64,000 bases of DNA from an uncultured delta proteobacterium (GTDB lineage Bacteria; Desulfobacterota; WTBG01): assembly GCA_963793865.1 (NCBI GenBank), contig CAWCBP010000008.1, forward strand, positions 224,001-288,000. Reading direction: 5' to 3'. The notes beneath the pieces were generated by a model that saw only the letters and a program-made list of their open reading frames with translations, was not told the origin of the DNA and searched no databases. Below are positions 29,777-40,930 of the stretch, piece after piece. The translations under genes and the position numbers were made by a program. Every line of letters starts with the position of its first letter. The stretch's first letter is position 1.

Positions 29777-32005
29777 TTACAGCACAACCTGGCTTCCATC
29801 CTTGCTGATCAGCTCAACCCGTATCCGGTAGCTGCCGGATTGTATTCCCCGAACATCTGCAAGATCAGTTTCCTGCCACTCCTGCCCATTGTAGTAATCG
29901 CTGATTGTCCCCTTGCTCGCAAGGGGTGTCACCCGTTCAAACCGGTAGTCACCGGAATAAGGCATGATCTTGGCAAGCGAGGTGTCTTCATCTCCCCGGG
30001 GAAGGCAGGGCCCTATGTACATATTACTGTCTCCGGTGGTTTGGTAATCGCCAAATATGAGGACATGGTTTTTGCGGGGATCCCCGCTGCCGGCGATCGA
30101 ACATTCAATGACCAGACGCGTGTTGTCACGCAGCATGTGGGGTGGGAGCGCAATTTCATACCACTGCCGCAAATCCTCGGGCTTCAGCTTATAGGTGTCA
30201 AAGAGAAAGCTCTTGTAAAGGCCAAAGAATTTTTTATCAAATTTCGCTTCGCTTGATTTAATCCCCCCCTGATACCGTTGTACCACTTCACCATTTGCCG
30301 TTACCTGTAAATCATACTCGTGACCTCCCCCGGGAAACATATCGATCATCAGCGCCGCCCGGTCATAGTCGTCGACGTTCAAGTCATCCGGGAGCAGGAT
30401 GGTCTGTCTGATTTTTTGATCCGGGGAAAAAAGAATGCAGTGCCACTCCTGCCAGGTTTTGCTGGTCAGGGCATCATTAGTGCCGCATACCATTATCACA
30501 AAGAGAGGAATAGCAGCGGCGTACAGGCTGAGATGCTTGAGTGTAATGCTCAGCGCAAAAATCCGGTAGAGCACGATGGCAAGAACCATAAATAATGCAT
30601 TCATCATAATAATGGTAATTGCATATAGGGTTGCAGGCGGGGTATGCGGAAAGACGCCAAGCAATGCAGGAACATCGAGATAAAGGAACAGCGAAGCGGT
30701 GATGACAGCACAGCAGCACAGCAGAGAGAACCGGTATGATAGCAACCGATTCCGCTCATGAATAAGAATGTACAGGATGTTGAGCAAGGCATATGCCGCT
30801 ACAATTATGACGAAGGGCATGGCCAGGACTGCATAGCGGGGAATGCCGATTATGGGAATATAGACTGCGTTGACATACAGGAAGATAAGGTAAAAAGGCC
30901 AGCAATGGAACCAATGCGGGAAAGAAAGCACGATGCCCAGCAGGCCAAGAATTATCAAAGAGCGATGCAAGTGCAATTGGCCCCATATCTTTGCCGAATG
31001 CCACCTTGCAGGGTAGGTCTCGACGTACATCCACATCCGGGTAGCCCTTTTAAGCATCTGGGACAGAAATGCTACCGGCCGTTTGCGGATGAGCAGTATC
31101 CCTGCCTGCAGATAAACCTCCGGTGTCAGTTTCTGGGCCTGATTCCCGATTAATAATGGTGGATTATAATTTTGTGTGATCTGGTATAATTCCTGGGTGG
31201 GTGTGGGGGCAAAAGTGTCGGAAACCCATCCGTCTCTATGGATGGTTTCGTAGAAAGACCAGGCAATTGATGGTTTGTTGAGGTTTATTGACCTGCTTAC
31301 CCGATAGGAAAACGCGCCATAGATAATGAACATGCAGAGAAACCCGGCGACAAAGTAAAGGAAGGAGCGGAGAAAACTTTTTTTGTAGTATAACCACAGT
31401 GTCATCAATAGAACGGGTGCCATGAGGAGGGGGAGGAATAAAAATCCGGACCGGTAAAATGTTACCATTGTCACCAAAACGCCTGAGATGAAATACAGAG
31501 AGAATCTCGTCCGTGAGAAAGCCTTTTGGAGGGAAAAAAAGCAAAGGGAAAGAAGAAAAACAGCAGTGGTTTCCTGGTATAACATGGTTGAATAATAGAT
31601 AAAGCCGGGATAGAGCGCATAGATAGACGCAGCGATCACCCCTGCCGTTCTGCTGAAAATGCTCTTCCCGATGCCATATATCAGCAGACAGGAAAGAGCG
31701 TCTATAAGTGCCTGGGCAAGCCTTACAAAAAAATCGTGAGGGCCACATACCTGATATATACCTGCAATGAAGAGGGGATAAAGCCAACCTCTCTTGGCGC
31801 CGAAGTAGGTGAATCGGTTTTCGTCTTCCAGGGGTTCTCCGGCAATGGCCGTGGGCAGGTTTCGGGCGATATATTCATATTCATACGCATCATCGGTAAC
31901 GGGTCTTTGGGGCAGGTAGTGCAGGGCGTACAAACGCAGAAGCAATGCAACCACAAAAATTCCTGTTATCGCCAGACGCTCTGTTTGTTTACGTTTGCGT
32001 GACAT
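29777..32005 (-). CDS. GT-C fold glycosyltransferase (GT39-like) with large C-terminal extracytoplasmic domain
   Basis: DDAYEY loop, YPLFIAGIY, RLAQAL, YQET, PRYA; multi-TM. Confidence 0.82.
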   Translation of the reverse strand: MSRKRKQTERLAITGIFVVALLLRLYALHYLPQRPVTDDAYEYEYIARNLPTAIAGEPLEDENRFTYFGAKRGWLYPLFIAGIYQVCGPHDFFVRLAQALIDALSCLLIYGIGKSIFSRTAGVIAASIYALYPGFIYYSTMLYQETTAVFLLSLCFFSLQKAFSRTRFSLYFISGVLVTMVTFYRSGFLFLPLLMAPVLLMTLWLYYKKSFLRSFLYFVAGFLCMFIIYGAFSYRVSRSINLNKPSIAWSFYETIHRDGWVSDTFAPTPTQELYQITQNYNPPLLIGNQAQKLTPEVYLQAGILLIRKRPVAFLSQMLKRATRMWMYVETYPARWHSAKIWGQLHLHRSLIILGLLGIVLSFPHWFHCWPFYLIFLYVNAVYIPIIGIPRYAVLAMPFVIIVAAYALLNILYILIHERNRLLSYRFSLLCCCAVITASLFLYLDVPALLGVFPHTPPATLYAITIIMMNALFMVLAIVLYRIFALSITLKHLSLYAAAIPLFVIMVCGTNDALTSKTWQEWHCILFSPDQKIRQTILLPDDLNVDDYDRAALMIDMFPGGGHEYDLQVTANGEVVQRYQGGIKSSEAKFDKKFFGLYKSFLFDTYKLKPEDLRQWYEIALPPHMLRDNTRLVIECSIAGSGDPRKNHVLIFGDYQTTGDSNMYIGPCLPRGDEDTSLAKIMPYSGDYRFERVTPLASKGTISDYYNGQEWQETDLADVRGIQSGSYRIRVELISKDGSQVVL

Positions 32006-32213
32006 GGGATGATGTATGGCGTGCGTATCCGGCCCTGGAGTTTCAAGAAATCGTATAATGCCTAAGAGAGACAGCGGGTGTTGTAACCTGCCCTGGCAAT
32101 GCTGACTGCATTCTAGTGAGCCCCTCGTCAAAAAGCAACAAAATTGAAAAAAGTCCGGGATTTTTGAAGATCGTTCCCGGTGACGACACTGCAGTGCCCG
32201 GCACGACTACCTG

Positions 32214-32242
32214 TTGACTTTTGAGCGGCATTCCTATACGTT
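32214..32242 (+). promoter_or_regulatory. Candidate sigma70 promoter for the epimerase gene
   Basis: TTGACT-17 bp-TACGTT. Confidence 0.4.
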
Positions 32243-32289
32243 GAATTTATCCGTGCATCTCGAAAACATTAAGAGCGGGGACTATTCAT

Positions 32290-33330
32290 ATGAAGGCATT
32301 GATCACCGGCGGCGCCGGCTTTTTTGGGACCGTACTCAAACAGTATCTTTCTGAAAAGGGCGCGGAATCGGTTATCTACGATCTGGTTCCGGATACGGAC
32401 AAGGTCAAGAACACTGTGGCGGTGCAGGGTGACCTGTGCAATGAATCGCAGCTTGAAGCGTGCTTTAAGACGTACGGGCCCTTTGACGTGGTCTACCACG
32501 TTGCCGCACAGCTGGCGCACAATGTGAAAGACAAAGGCTTTCTCTGGAAATCAAATGTGGAGGGGACCCGGCAGCTGGCAGAGATGGCGGTCAAGTACAA
32601 GGTGCCGCACCTGGTTTTTACCTCGAGCAACTGCCTGTGGGGCATCCCCATGGGGAAAAAAATCGGAGAGGCGGAGCCGCCCCACCCGGTGGAAATTTAC
32701 GGCCAATCCAAGTGGGAAGGGGAAAAGATACTCCTCGGCTATAAGGATTCACTTACCCTGACCATCATTCGCTGTCCCACCATTACTGATGCAGGGAGGC
32801 TCGGCCTGCTGGCCATACTTTTTGAGTTCATTGAGGAGAACAGAAGGGTCTATCTTGTCGGCGGCGGCGATAATGTCTATCAGTTCATCTACGCCCGGGA
32901 TCTGGCTGATGCCTGCCTCAAGGCGTATGAGAAGGGAACCTCCACCGAGGTCTATAATATCGGGAGCGATAACGTGAAGCCGCTGAAGGAGGTATTCGGC
33001 TACGTGATCCAAAAGGCGGGATCATCGTCAAAGCTGGTGCCTCTTCCCAAGGCACCCACCCTGCTGGCCATGAAGCTGTGCTACAAGCTGGGATTGTCAC
33101 CGCTCGGACCGTACCAGTACAAGATGATTGCCGAAAACTTCGTGTTTGATACGCAGAAAATAAAAACCATGCTTGACTGGAAGCCGACACTTACCAATGA
33201 GGAGATGCTCTTAAAGGCTTATATGTATTATAAAGAGCACAAAGGGGAACTGAGAAGCGCCAGCGATGTTTCCGCCCATAAGCAGGGTGCTAAAATGGGC
33301 ATCATCAGGTTGCTGAAGTATCTTTCATAA
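32290..33330 (+). CDS. NAD-dependent epimerase/dehydratase (extended SDR)
   Basis: ITGGAGFFG, HVAA, TSS, YGQSK. Confidence 0.92.
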   Translation: MKALITGGAGFFGTVLKQYLSEKGAESVIYDLVPDTDKVKNTVAVQGDLCNESQLEACFKTYGPFDVVYHVAAQLAHNVKDKGFLWKSNVEGTRQLAEMAVKYKVPHLVFTSSNCLWGIPMGKKIGEAEPPHPVEIYGQSKWEGEKILLGYKDSLTLTIIRCPTITDAGRLGLLAILFEFIEENRRVYLVGGGDNVYQFIYARDLADACLKAYEKGTSTEVYNIGSDNVKPLKEVFGYVIQKAGSSSKLVPLPKAPTLLAMKLCYKLGLSPLGPYQYKMIAENFVFDTQKIKTMLDWKPTLTNEEMLLKAYMYYKEHKGELRSASDVSAHKQGAKMGIIRLLKYLS

Positions 33331-33367
33331 TTCATGCGATTGCTTCCGTCCGCAATTGGGAGTCACG

Positions 33368-33480
33368 GTCATTTCGAACGAATGTGAGAAGTCTTATAAG
33401 ATTTCTCAGTCGCTTGAGCTCCCTGGCCGGGAAGCCACTTTCAGCCTTATCAATGCATTCGGGCAGGCCTTCGAAATGAC
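33368..33480. repeat. Palindromic REP-like element between convergent genes
   Basis: GTCATTTCGAA (33368-33378) / TTCGAAATGAC (33470-33480) terminal inverted repeat; internal near-palindrome GAGAAGTCTTATAAGATTTCTC (33386-33407). Confidence 0.7.
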
Positions 33481-33512
33481 AGGAAGGGGCTTTACTGTTC
33501 ATTGAGTGGTCT

Positions 33513-34928
33513 TCAGTGCTTTTTCTGCTCATGATATTCATCTTCGATATTTACCATGAAGGTATCATGGTGGGCCCCCAGAATATTTTGGGCGCCCTTA
33601 ATGCCCGTTTCAAGTGAATGGTCAAGGTTATTGTATTTATAGGTGCCGTATCTGCCAACCAGCTGAAGATTGGTAAAGCCCTTGAGATAATCCCGGATTT
33701 TGAGGAGATGGCGGCTGAAGCCGATTTCGTAAAGGGGATAGGTTTTCGAGGTTCTCACCACTCTATAATCAACTATCCTTGAAATGGCTTCCGGTGATAT
33801 GGCGGATTTCTCAAAGTCCCGTCTTGTCTGCTCAAACAGCTTTTCATCGGAAGCATTCCATACCGAATCCCCCTCATTGCAGAAATACTCAAATACCACG
33901 CACGACTTGTCGGGTGGAGCCATATGTATGCTCCAGTTTTTCGGTTCATGAAGCCTTCCGAAGTCAATAGCGGGATCATGCACGTAGATCCAGGTCTGGT
34001 CGGTAACAAAAGGCATCTCAAACATCAAGGCAACACAGACAAGATCGCGGTACTTCAGCCATCGGGCCGCTTGGACAATTTCATCGGGGGGCAGGGGACG
34101 CAGGGATAGAATCAGGTCGGTTATGGGCATGCTGGATATGACAAAATCGGTTTCGATCTTACCCCCGCCTTCAGGACGGCCATAGCCAATGGCTTGAATG
34201 GTATTCCCCTCATGAAAAACTTCTTTTACCGGGGCGTTAAAAAGCAGGGAATTGGGTTCACGTATTGTCTCGGCCAGTTTTTCGCAGATCACCCCTATGC
34301 CCTTTCTGGGATAGGTGAAGTATTTTACCAGGGAGGCTGCATCCTTTTTTCGTTTTTTCCAGAAAGCGTCTATTAATGCGGTTCGCAGTGAAAGCCCCTT
34401 AATCCTCTGCACCCCCCATTCGGCGGATATCGTACTGCAGGGTATTCCCCACACCTTTTCCGTGTACGTCTTGAAAAACAGACGGTACAGTGTTTTGCCG
34501 AACTGGCTTATGACCCAGTCTTCAAGGCTTCGGGGGGCCGGGCGGTTGAACTTGAACCGCTCGATCAGGTAGTTGAAGATAATGTCCGCGGCGGTCAGAG
34601 GTCCGAGGCCGAAAATGGCATTGACCGGCCTTAAGGGGTAATCAAAGAGCCTGCCATTGAGCAGTATTTTGCTCGAGCGGTCCACCGAGACCAGCTCATT
34701 GCCGAGGAGGTTTGACACGTAGCGGTCAATCTCACTGTTCTTGGTAAAAAAGCGGTGGCCGCCAAGGTCAAAGAGGAAATCGTTATGCCTGATGGTCGCC
34801 GAGATGCCGCCGGTGTGGTCGCTCGCCTCCAGCACCGTAAACCGGCGGTCGCTCTTTGAAAGCGTTTCAGCGGCGCTCAGTCCGGCCGGCCCCGCACCAA
34901 TAATGACCCCGGTTTTTTTATCTGTCAT
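33513..34928 (-). CDS. FAD-dependent oxidoreductase, UDP-galactopyranose mutase-like (paralogue of 24963)
   Basis: GAGPAGL, FDLGGHRFFT, FFKTYTEKVWG, GRYGTYKYNNLDHS. Confidence 0.82.
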   Translation of the reverse strand: MTDKKTGVIIGAGPAGLSAAETLSKSDRRFTVLEASDHTGGISATIRHNDFLFDLGGHRFFTKNSEIDRYVSNLLGNELVSVDRSSKILLNGRLFDYPLRPVNAIFGLGPLTAADIIFNYLIERFKFNRPAPRSLEDWVISQFGKTLYRLFFKTYTEKVWGIPCSTISAEWGVQRIKGLSLRTALIDAFWKKRKKDAASLVKYFTYPRKGIGVICEKLAETIREPNSLLFNAPVKEVFHEGNTIQAIGYGRPEGGGKIETDFVISSMPITDLILSLRPLPPDEIVQAARWLKYRDLVCVALMFEMPFVTDQTWIYVHDPAIDFGRLHEPKNWSIHMAPPDKSCVVFEYFCNEGDSVWNASDEKLFEQTRRDFEKSAISPEAISRIVDYRVVRTSKTYPLYEIGFSRHLLKIRDYLKGFTNLQLVGRYGTYKYNNLDHSLETGIKGAQNILGAHHDTFMVNIEDEYHEQKKH

Positions 34929-34981
34929 GGCTTATGTTCCTTCATCAATCGGTTTAGTCTGCATGGCTTTCGACTGACGCA

Positions 34982-35908
34982 TTACTTTCGCAGCACCACG
35001 TTCAGAATATCATAGGGATTGAAGTAAAATGAAATCCGCTGCGATCTTTCAGCCGCGGCTATTTTTTCAACCAGGCGGTGCAGTGTTCTGGTTCGGACAT
35101 AGTACTGTATCCTTGAGAGAAAAAAGGAGAGCGAGACGTATTTGCCGTGATAGAAACAGGCCTCCATGGCAAGGCCTGCGCTTCGGGCAAGCTGTTCCAT
35201 GGTGTCCCGGCTGAAGAAATAGAGGTGTTCAATATTTTTAAATCCTATCCATTTTTTTCCCAGCAGCCGGTATGACCATGAATCCACGTTGGGGATGGAG
35301 AGCAGGATTACCCCGCCCTTCTTCAGGAGGGAGCGGCAGACCTTCAAATCGCCCAGGGGGTCGGTGGAATGTTCCAGGTAGTCCCACATGGTAATGGCGT
35401 CCATGCTGCACTCTTCTCCGGGGTAATCGCGAAGGGCTCCCTGGTGGACTGCGAGGCCCCGGGATCTCGCGTACTGCACGCAGAATTCCGAACACTCGAC
35501 CCCTTCCGCCTGCCAGCCCCGCTGACCGGCGGCAATGAGCGAGAATCCCGTGGCGCACCCCACGTCCAGGACCCTTCCCTTTGATCCGGCAAATCGTTCC
35601 ACCTTTTTCATTCGCTTGTGCATCGAGCGGGTAATCACCGGCTCCTCGCTCACGTAGTTGGCGTATGCCTTGTAGTCTATGCCGCTCTTGTCCTGATCCA
35701 GCACGAAGTAGTCCTTGGAGTATATTTGCTGCAGACTCGCGGCGTCGAGGCGGGGGTTGCAGTAGATGAGCCCGCAGCGCCGGCAGCGAACAATGCGCTC
35801 GGGCGTGAGAAAGAGCAATTCTTCATCGCGTGCCCCGCAGAGGTTGCAGGCCACCTCCTCACGGGTGTATGCATCAGCCGCGGCGTTTACAGGGTTATCT
35901 CCAGACAT
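34982..35908 (-). CDS. Class I SAM-dependent methyltransferase with N-terminal Cys4 motif
   Basis: CNLCG..CRRCG; VLDVGCATG; DYLEH; EHLYFFS. Confidence 0.9.
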   Translation of the reverse strand: MSGDNPVNAAADAYTREEVACNLCGARDEELLFLTPERIVRCRRCGLIYCNPRLDAASLQQIYSKDYFVLDQDKSGIDYKAYANYVSEEPVITRSMHKRMKKVERFAGSKGRVLDVGCATGFSLIAAGQRGWQAEGVECSEFCVQYARSRGLAVHQGALRDYPGEECSMDAITMWDYLEHSTDPLGDLKVCRSLLKKGGVILLSIPNVDSWSYRLLGKKWIGFKNIEHLYFFSRDTMEQLARSAGLAMEACFYHGKYVSLSFFLSRIQYYVRTRTLHRLVEKIAAAERSQRISFYFNPYDILNVVLRK

Positions 35909-37331
35909 CCCGCCTCACATTCTTGACGATATGGAAAAAGTACCTGAACCCGGCAATGTTGAAGAGCCGGAAGTAGAGCATGTTTTCAAACGCCTCCCAC
36001 AGCCTGGTGAGAGAATAAAGGGGGGTGAGCGGCAGCTTGATTAATATCCTGGTGAGCGGGGTGAGAAAGGGAAAATGCACGGTGAGATTGAAAAGCGCGC
36101 AGAGGTTTTCAAACTCCCGCGCGTAGCGGGTGCGAATGAGAGATTTTCTGATGATCTGGGTGAAATTGTGAATGGCGTAGTCTGCGGGAAGCAGTCCCTT
36201 CTCAATCGCATAGTCGACGATCTCTGTTTTGGGGTAGGGTATCAAAACACCGGCACGGGTATAGTCGGCGCCGATCTTCTGATTGATGGCCACAGTTTTG
36301 AAGGCGTCGTCGAGGGTTTCTTCCGGAACGCCCATCAGGTTGGTGACGATCATCTTGATGCCGTACCGCTTGATTATTTTTGCGTTCGTTATGATGTCTT
36401 CTTCCTTGAGATGTTTCTTGAGGATGATGTTCCTGATCCGGTCGCTCCCGGACTCGATGCCGAAAGAAATGCCGTAGCACCCGCTCTTTGCAAGATCCCC
36501 GATTATGTTCTCATCTACCTGGTCAATCCTGATATTGCAGGAGAAGGGGAGTGAAATCTCCCTTCGATATGCCGCCAGAAATTCCTTCAGCCACCCCTTG
36601 TCCAGCACGAAGGTATCATCGGAAAAATGGACGTTCTTCAGCGGGTAGTGATCCTTGACCTGGCGCACTTCCCTGATCACCCGTGCCACGCTTTTCTTGC
36701 GGATGAATTTCCCCTTGTCCGCATAGATTTTTTTCTGCAGCGGGTTGTGGCAGAAGGTGCAGTGATAGGGACAGCCAATGCCGGAGATAAACCTTTTTAT
36801 GGGCAGATTCCTGATAAAACGGTATTTGTAGTAGATCTCCCGGTAGGGCAGCGGAAGCGGGTCAAAGTCCTGGATCAGGTCGCGCAGGGGGTTTTTTATC
36901 ACCTCACCGTTATTCCTGCACCAGAGATTTTTAATCTCTGATCCGTCCTTTCCCTCATCCAGGGCGTTCAGCAGCTCAAGCACCGGGTATTCACCCTCAC
37001 CGATACAGACATAATCAGCGGTGCGGAGATCGATATCCTCCGGGAAGAGGGTGGGGTGCACCCCACCCATGATGATCGGCGCGGCAAACTTCTCTTTCAG
37101 CGCGCGGGCAGTGGCAAAAGCCCACTCCCGGTTGCCGGTCATGAAGGAAAACGCGATGAGATCAGGATGGTAGCTTTCAATAAGGTTTGAGTAGTTTTTA
37201 GGATGTTCATCGATGAGGATGAGATCAGCCTCGTGACCATGCGCTCTAAGCATACCCGCGATAGACATGACCCCGAGGTTTTCGTTGACGCCGTTATCTT
37301 GAATAAAGAGAATACGTCCCATATCAGTCAC
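35895..37331 (-). CDS. B12-binding radical SAM enzyme
   Basis: GGVHPT, GEGE (cobalamin-binding domain); GCPYHCTFC; FSDDTF; GIESGS; GVPEET. Confidence 0.92.
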   Translation of the reverse strand: MTDMGRILFIQDNGVNENLGVMSIAGMLRAHGHEADLILIDEHPKNYSNLIESYHPDLIAFSFMTGNREWAFATARALKEKFAAPIIMGGVHPTLFPEDIDLRTADYVCIGEGEYPVLELLNALDEGKDGSEIKNLWCRNNGEVIKNPLRDLIQDFDPLPLPYREIYYKYRFIRNLPIKRFISGIGCPYHCTFCHNPLQKKIYADKGKFIRKKSVARVIREVRQVKDHYPLKNVHFSDDTFVLDKGWLKEFLAAYRREISLPFSCNIRIDQVDENIIGDLAKSGCYGISFGIESGSDRIRNIILKKHLKEEDIITNAKIIKRYGIKMIVTNLMGVPEETLDDAFKTVAINQKIGADYTRAGVLIPYPKTEIVDYAIEKGLLPADYAIHNFTQIIRKSLIRTRYAREFENLCALFNLTVHFPFLTPLTRILIKLPLTPLYSLTRLWEAFENMLYFRLFNIAGFRYFFHIVKNVRRDVWR

Positions 37332-37460
37332 AAAAGTCGCGGCATTTCAATTCGCTCTGTTTGGAAGCATGTGCGCCTTGCAAACCATGTCATTTTGTGG
37401 GCTTTCTTACCATACCGCTGCTTTTGTTGCAAGACAGATTTCCCGTGGTGACCCTGGTGC

Positions 37461-38806
37461 TTATTGTATCCCGCCCGGGGGATGAGGCTGTTCCGGCCTG
37501 CTTATCAACAGAGCAAGGGTGAGACACAGCAGCAGGCAGGCTCCTGCCAGAGGAAGAGAAACCAGCAGCCTGGTGGCGTATCCCTGTCCGCATAAACGTA
37601 TGATGCCGGCATAATCAGGATGAAAGGAGATCATAGCGTATCCGATGAGTGTCAGGGTGACCATGGTCGCTGGCCGGGGGCGGGATGACTGAAAGCAGAA
37701 ATTGGCTATCAGTACGATGGCGAGGTTGGACAGGATGAAGTAGTGGAGCCAGGAGATGGCCGGTAGCATCAGGAAGCATAGGATAAGAGCGGCAAATTCG
37801 AGCGGGTGTGCGGCGGAGTCCTGCGCACCCGATGTGCGCCGGAAGAAGAGATACAGCGCCCCGATCATCGACAGGGTGACGGCATACCGCAGTACGATGC
37901 CGGCCCCGGTGACCTGTATGGGATGAAATGCGAAGATGCCGCCCGCATGGAAAACCCTGAGCAGAAACGCTTCTATGGACTGGTTGCTCCAGGCGGCTAT
38001 TCCCATGCCCGAAATGGTGCCGAGATAGTTCCAGTAGAGTTTATGGAGAGCGAGCCCGTAGAGTGCTGTTGAAAGCGCGAGGAGGGCCAGCACCGTCGCT
38101 GCGGCTGAGAGCACCAGCAGGTATTTTTTCCGGTACAGAAAATAGGCAACGAAGAGAAGCGGCGAGAACTTGAGGGCGGTGATCAGACCCAGAACGATTC
38201 CGGCGAAGAGATCCCGGCCGGAAATGATAAAGTAGTAAATGAGACAGATGGCGAGATACACCAGCAGAGAGGTCTGCCCCAATTTGAGGGCATAAAGCAG
38301 AGGGAAGGAAAAGAAATTAAGGGCAATAATGACCATGAGGCGAAGGAAGGGATGGGACAGGCCTCTGGTGATGTGCCACTGGAGAAATACTATAATTACA
38401 AGAGCCGCCAGATTCACCAAGAGCCATACAAACGAGGCTGTCGCAAAGCTCAATTGGGTAAGCAAGGTGAAGGGGAGGAGAAAGACGGGCAGGTACACAT
38501 ATCGGGTGGGGGTGAGATGAAATCCTGCCTTCCGGGCTGTCTCATAGAACATACCCTTATCCACCACGCTGAAATCATCGGTCATTTCCGCATAGATCGC
38601 CGACGCGTTTCCGGACTGCACAGCTGTGCCGCTGTATAGTAGGCGATAAAGTCAACACCATAGACCGCGTCAGGGGTATCCTGCGTGATGCTGCTGAGTG
38701 CAGTGTAGAATGTATAAAGCGCCATGGACGTGAGCAGAACGATGGCAACGCCCAGGAAACGTTTTTGTGTCGAGTAAGAGGTTGGTGCAAAGGTAGCCAT
38801 GGTCAT
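37461..38806 (-). CDS. GT87/DUF2029-like GT-C glycosyltransferase (frameshift near 38615)
   Basis: VDFIAYYTAA, YVYLP, GQTS, LKFSP, SNQS, SWLHY; ATGA overlap with the upstream gene at 38803-38806. Confidence 0.82.
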
Positions 38807-40888
38807 GAAGCGCTGCCCGCAAGTAGGAGAACCTTTTTCGATCCTGATCAGCGTGAAGTCGGACATGGGTTTATGAATTTTGCAGAGATAGTAGCTCCTG
38901 CCGGGGAATGCGCTCATCAGCAGGCCGTTTTTCTCCCGCAAATCCATTGCGTAGATGACATCATCCTTGAGGTCGGGAGAATTAAACTGGAATCCCGAAC
39001 CGTAGGGGATGCGATTTGGTTCTGTTACGCCGGGGGGATACCACACATCTATGAACACAATGGCGTTGTGTATCCCCTCCGCTTCAACCGCCTTATGGAT
39101 CTTGTCGGTAACCCACCAGTAGTCGCTGGAATACTTCTTAATAAGCGACGGCAGGGAGGAGAGAGAATATATAGATAATGCACGAAAAGCAGGAAGTACA
39201 AAGTTGCTTCCGACTGCTTTTGGCATCGAAACCCCTCTCCCGTAACCAGCCGGGCAATGCAAGAAACCCGCGGACGGTAAGCAGGATCAGGAACGGTGTG
39301 AGGAGCTGATAGTAATATCTTGGTCCGAAGCAGAGATCCTGATAAAAATAAAGAGCGTATCCCCCCATGAGTGAAAGCGTTGCAAAAAGCAATAGATAGT
39401 CCCATCGGTTTTTTTTGACCGGATAGGGCAGGGTAAATAAAAATGAAGGTGAGCGAAGGGAGCGGCCACTCAAAAGATACTGATTGAGGCCGATGAGATT
39501 ATTGCTGGTATTGATGATCCCTCCCTTAAGGGTATGGGGCGGCCCGAACTGCGAACTTCCCCAGAAACCCAGGCTGGGGTATTTTTTTCCGTACCCGAAG
39601 GTAAAGGGATTGCCGGTAGTCAGTTTGTTGTAAACAGGAGCAGCATGACCATGAAGGCTGTGCCGACTAACAAAACATCCATCTCGTTCCTACGAGCACT
39701 TCTTTTTTCTTGAACAGACAATAGAGAGATAGATGGCAAAAGGGGCGGCAAAAGCAGCGGCATCCAAGGGCCTGATGTGGCAGCATAGCCGAGGGACAGG
39801 CCGGCGAGAGGGCATACCAGCGGAGAACCGATGCAAACATCTTGAAGGTAGGCATACAGGAAAAGCAGCAGAAAGAACAGGGTCGAGGTGTGATTCATGT
39901 AGCTCGAGGACATGAAGAGGAAAAAGGGGGACAAGAGCAGAAGGCAACTGCTTGCCATGATTATGCGCTGCTCATCATATATGGTTTTGGTAACAAGATA
40001 GAAGAGGACCAGCGAGAGAGTTCCCAGCAGGGGGCCGATGAGCCAGGGCACGCCGGCGAGCAAGCCCGCCGTGAGGAGAAGCGAGTGGCCGGGGGGATAT
40101 TGAGAATACCACTTCTCATCGTTGATGATGTTGGTATAGTCGAAAAATTCCTTATAGGGGGGAAGGGGGGCGCAGAGCATTCCTTGCTTAAAAATTTTAG
40201 CCTGAAAAAGCTGGGCGATGCTGTCCTCCACGTGAGGAATACCGTCCAGCACCGTGTAAGCAATGAGCGCGGTGGTCAGAAAACAGATGGTGAGACAAAG
40301 ACCGATGACGGTTAATTCCTTCAATCGAAAGAAGAAGAGGTGATCCGCTCCACGAAGGTTGCGGTCCTGAGGGGGAGTTTTATAAAACAGTAGAGACAGC
40401 ACAGGCATGTTCCGGCAAGGATCAAAAGAGTACAGATAGAATCAAGTGGGGGTGGTAGCGGGGAAGGATTCGAGGGAGCGGGTGAAGCCGCGCTGCGCCC
40501 ACCTGAGGGGGAAAAGGGTAAAGAGGAACAGAGGGGAAAGGAGCACAATCCGGATGAGCGGGGAAAGGGAAATGTGCCTGAAGCGGGGTATTATCGCCGC
40601 CCCGGGCTGTCTTGCATAGAAGAAAAACCATGCGATGACAAGAAGCATGAAGACTGCTGCTGCGGGTGCGCTCCACACGTAATCGGCGATGACGGCCAGG
40701 TAATAGCCGGTTGATCTCAGCAGCGGCAATGAGGCGATGGTGTTCTGAAAAAAATAAACAAGCGAGGCGGCGCTGTAGCAGAGTATGCCCAGAGCCAGGA
40801 AGAGATTGACAGGGCCGGTCGCTGTCCTGGTGCGGGGGTGCCCGGTTTTGTCAACCGCGCCACGATTCACCGTTTGAGGTGCTCTCAT
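38803..40888 (-). CDS. GT-C fold glycosyltransferase (GT39-like), heavily frameshifted
   Basis: PHVEDSIAQLFQAKIF, KWYSQYPPGH, SPFFLFMSSSYMNH, FGPRYY, spread over at least six ORF fragments. Confidence 0.75.
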
Positions 40889-40930
40889 GCTGTTCCGGGA
40901 TTGGTGTTGCAGGCAGACCGCGCGTTTCTT

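Noticed and set aside
38582..39262. 226-aa ORF as a single gene
   Set aside because: It is a chimera of the end of the GT39-like gene and the start of the GT87-like gene, caused by indels around an ATGA overlap.
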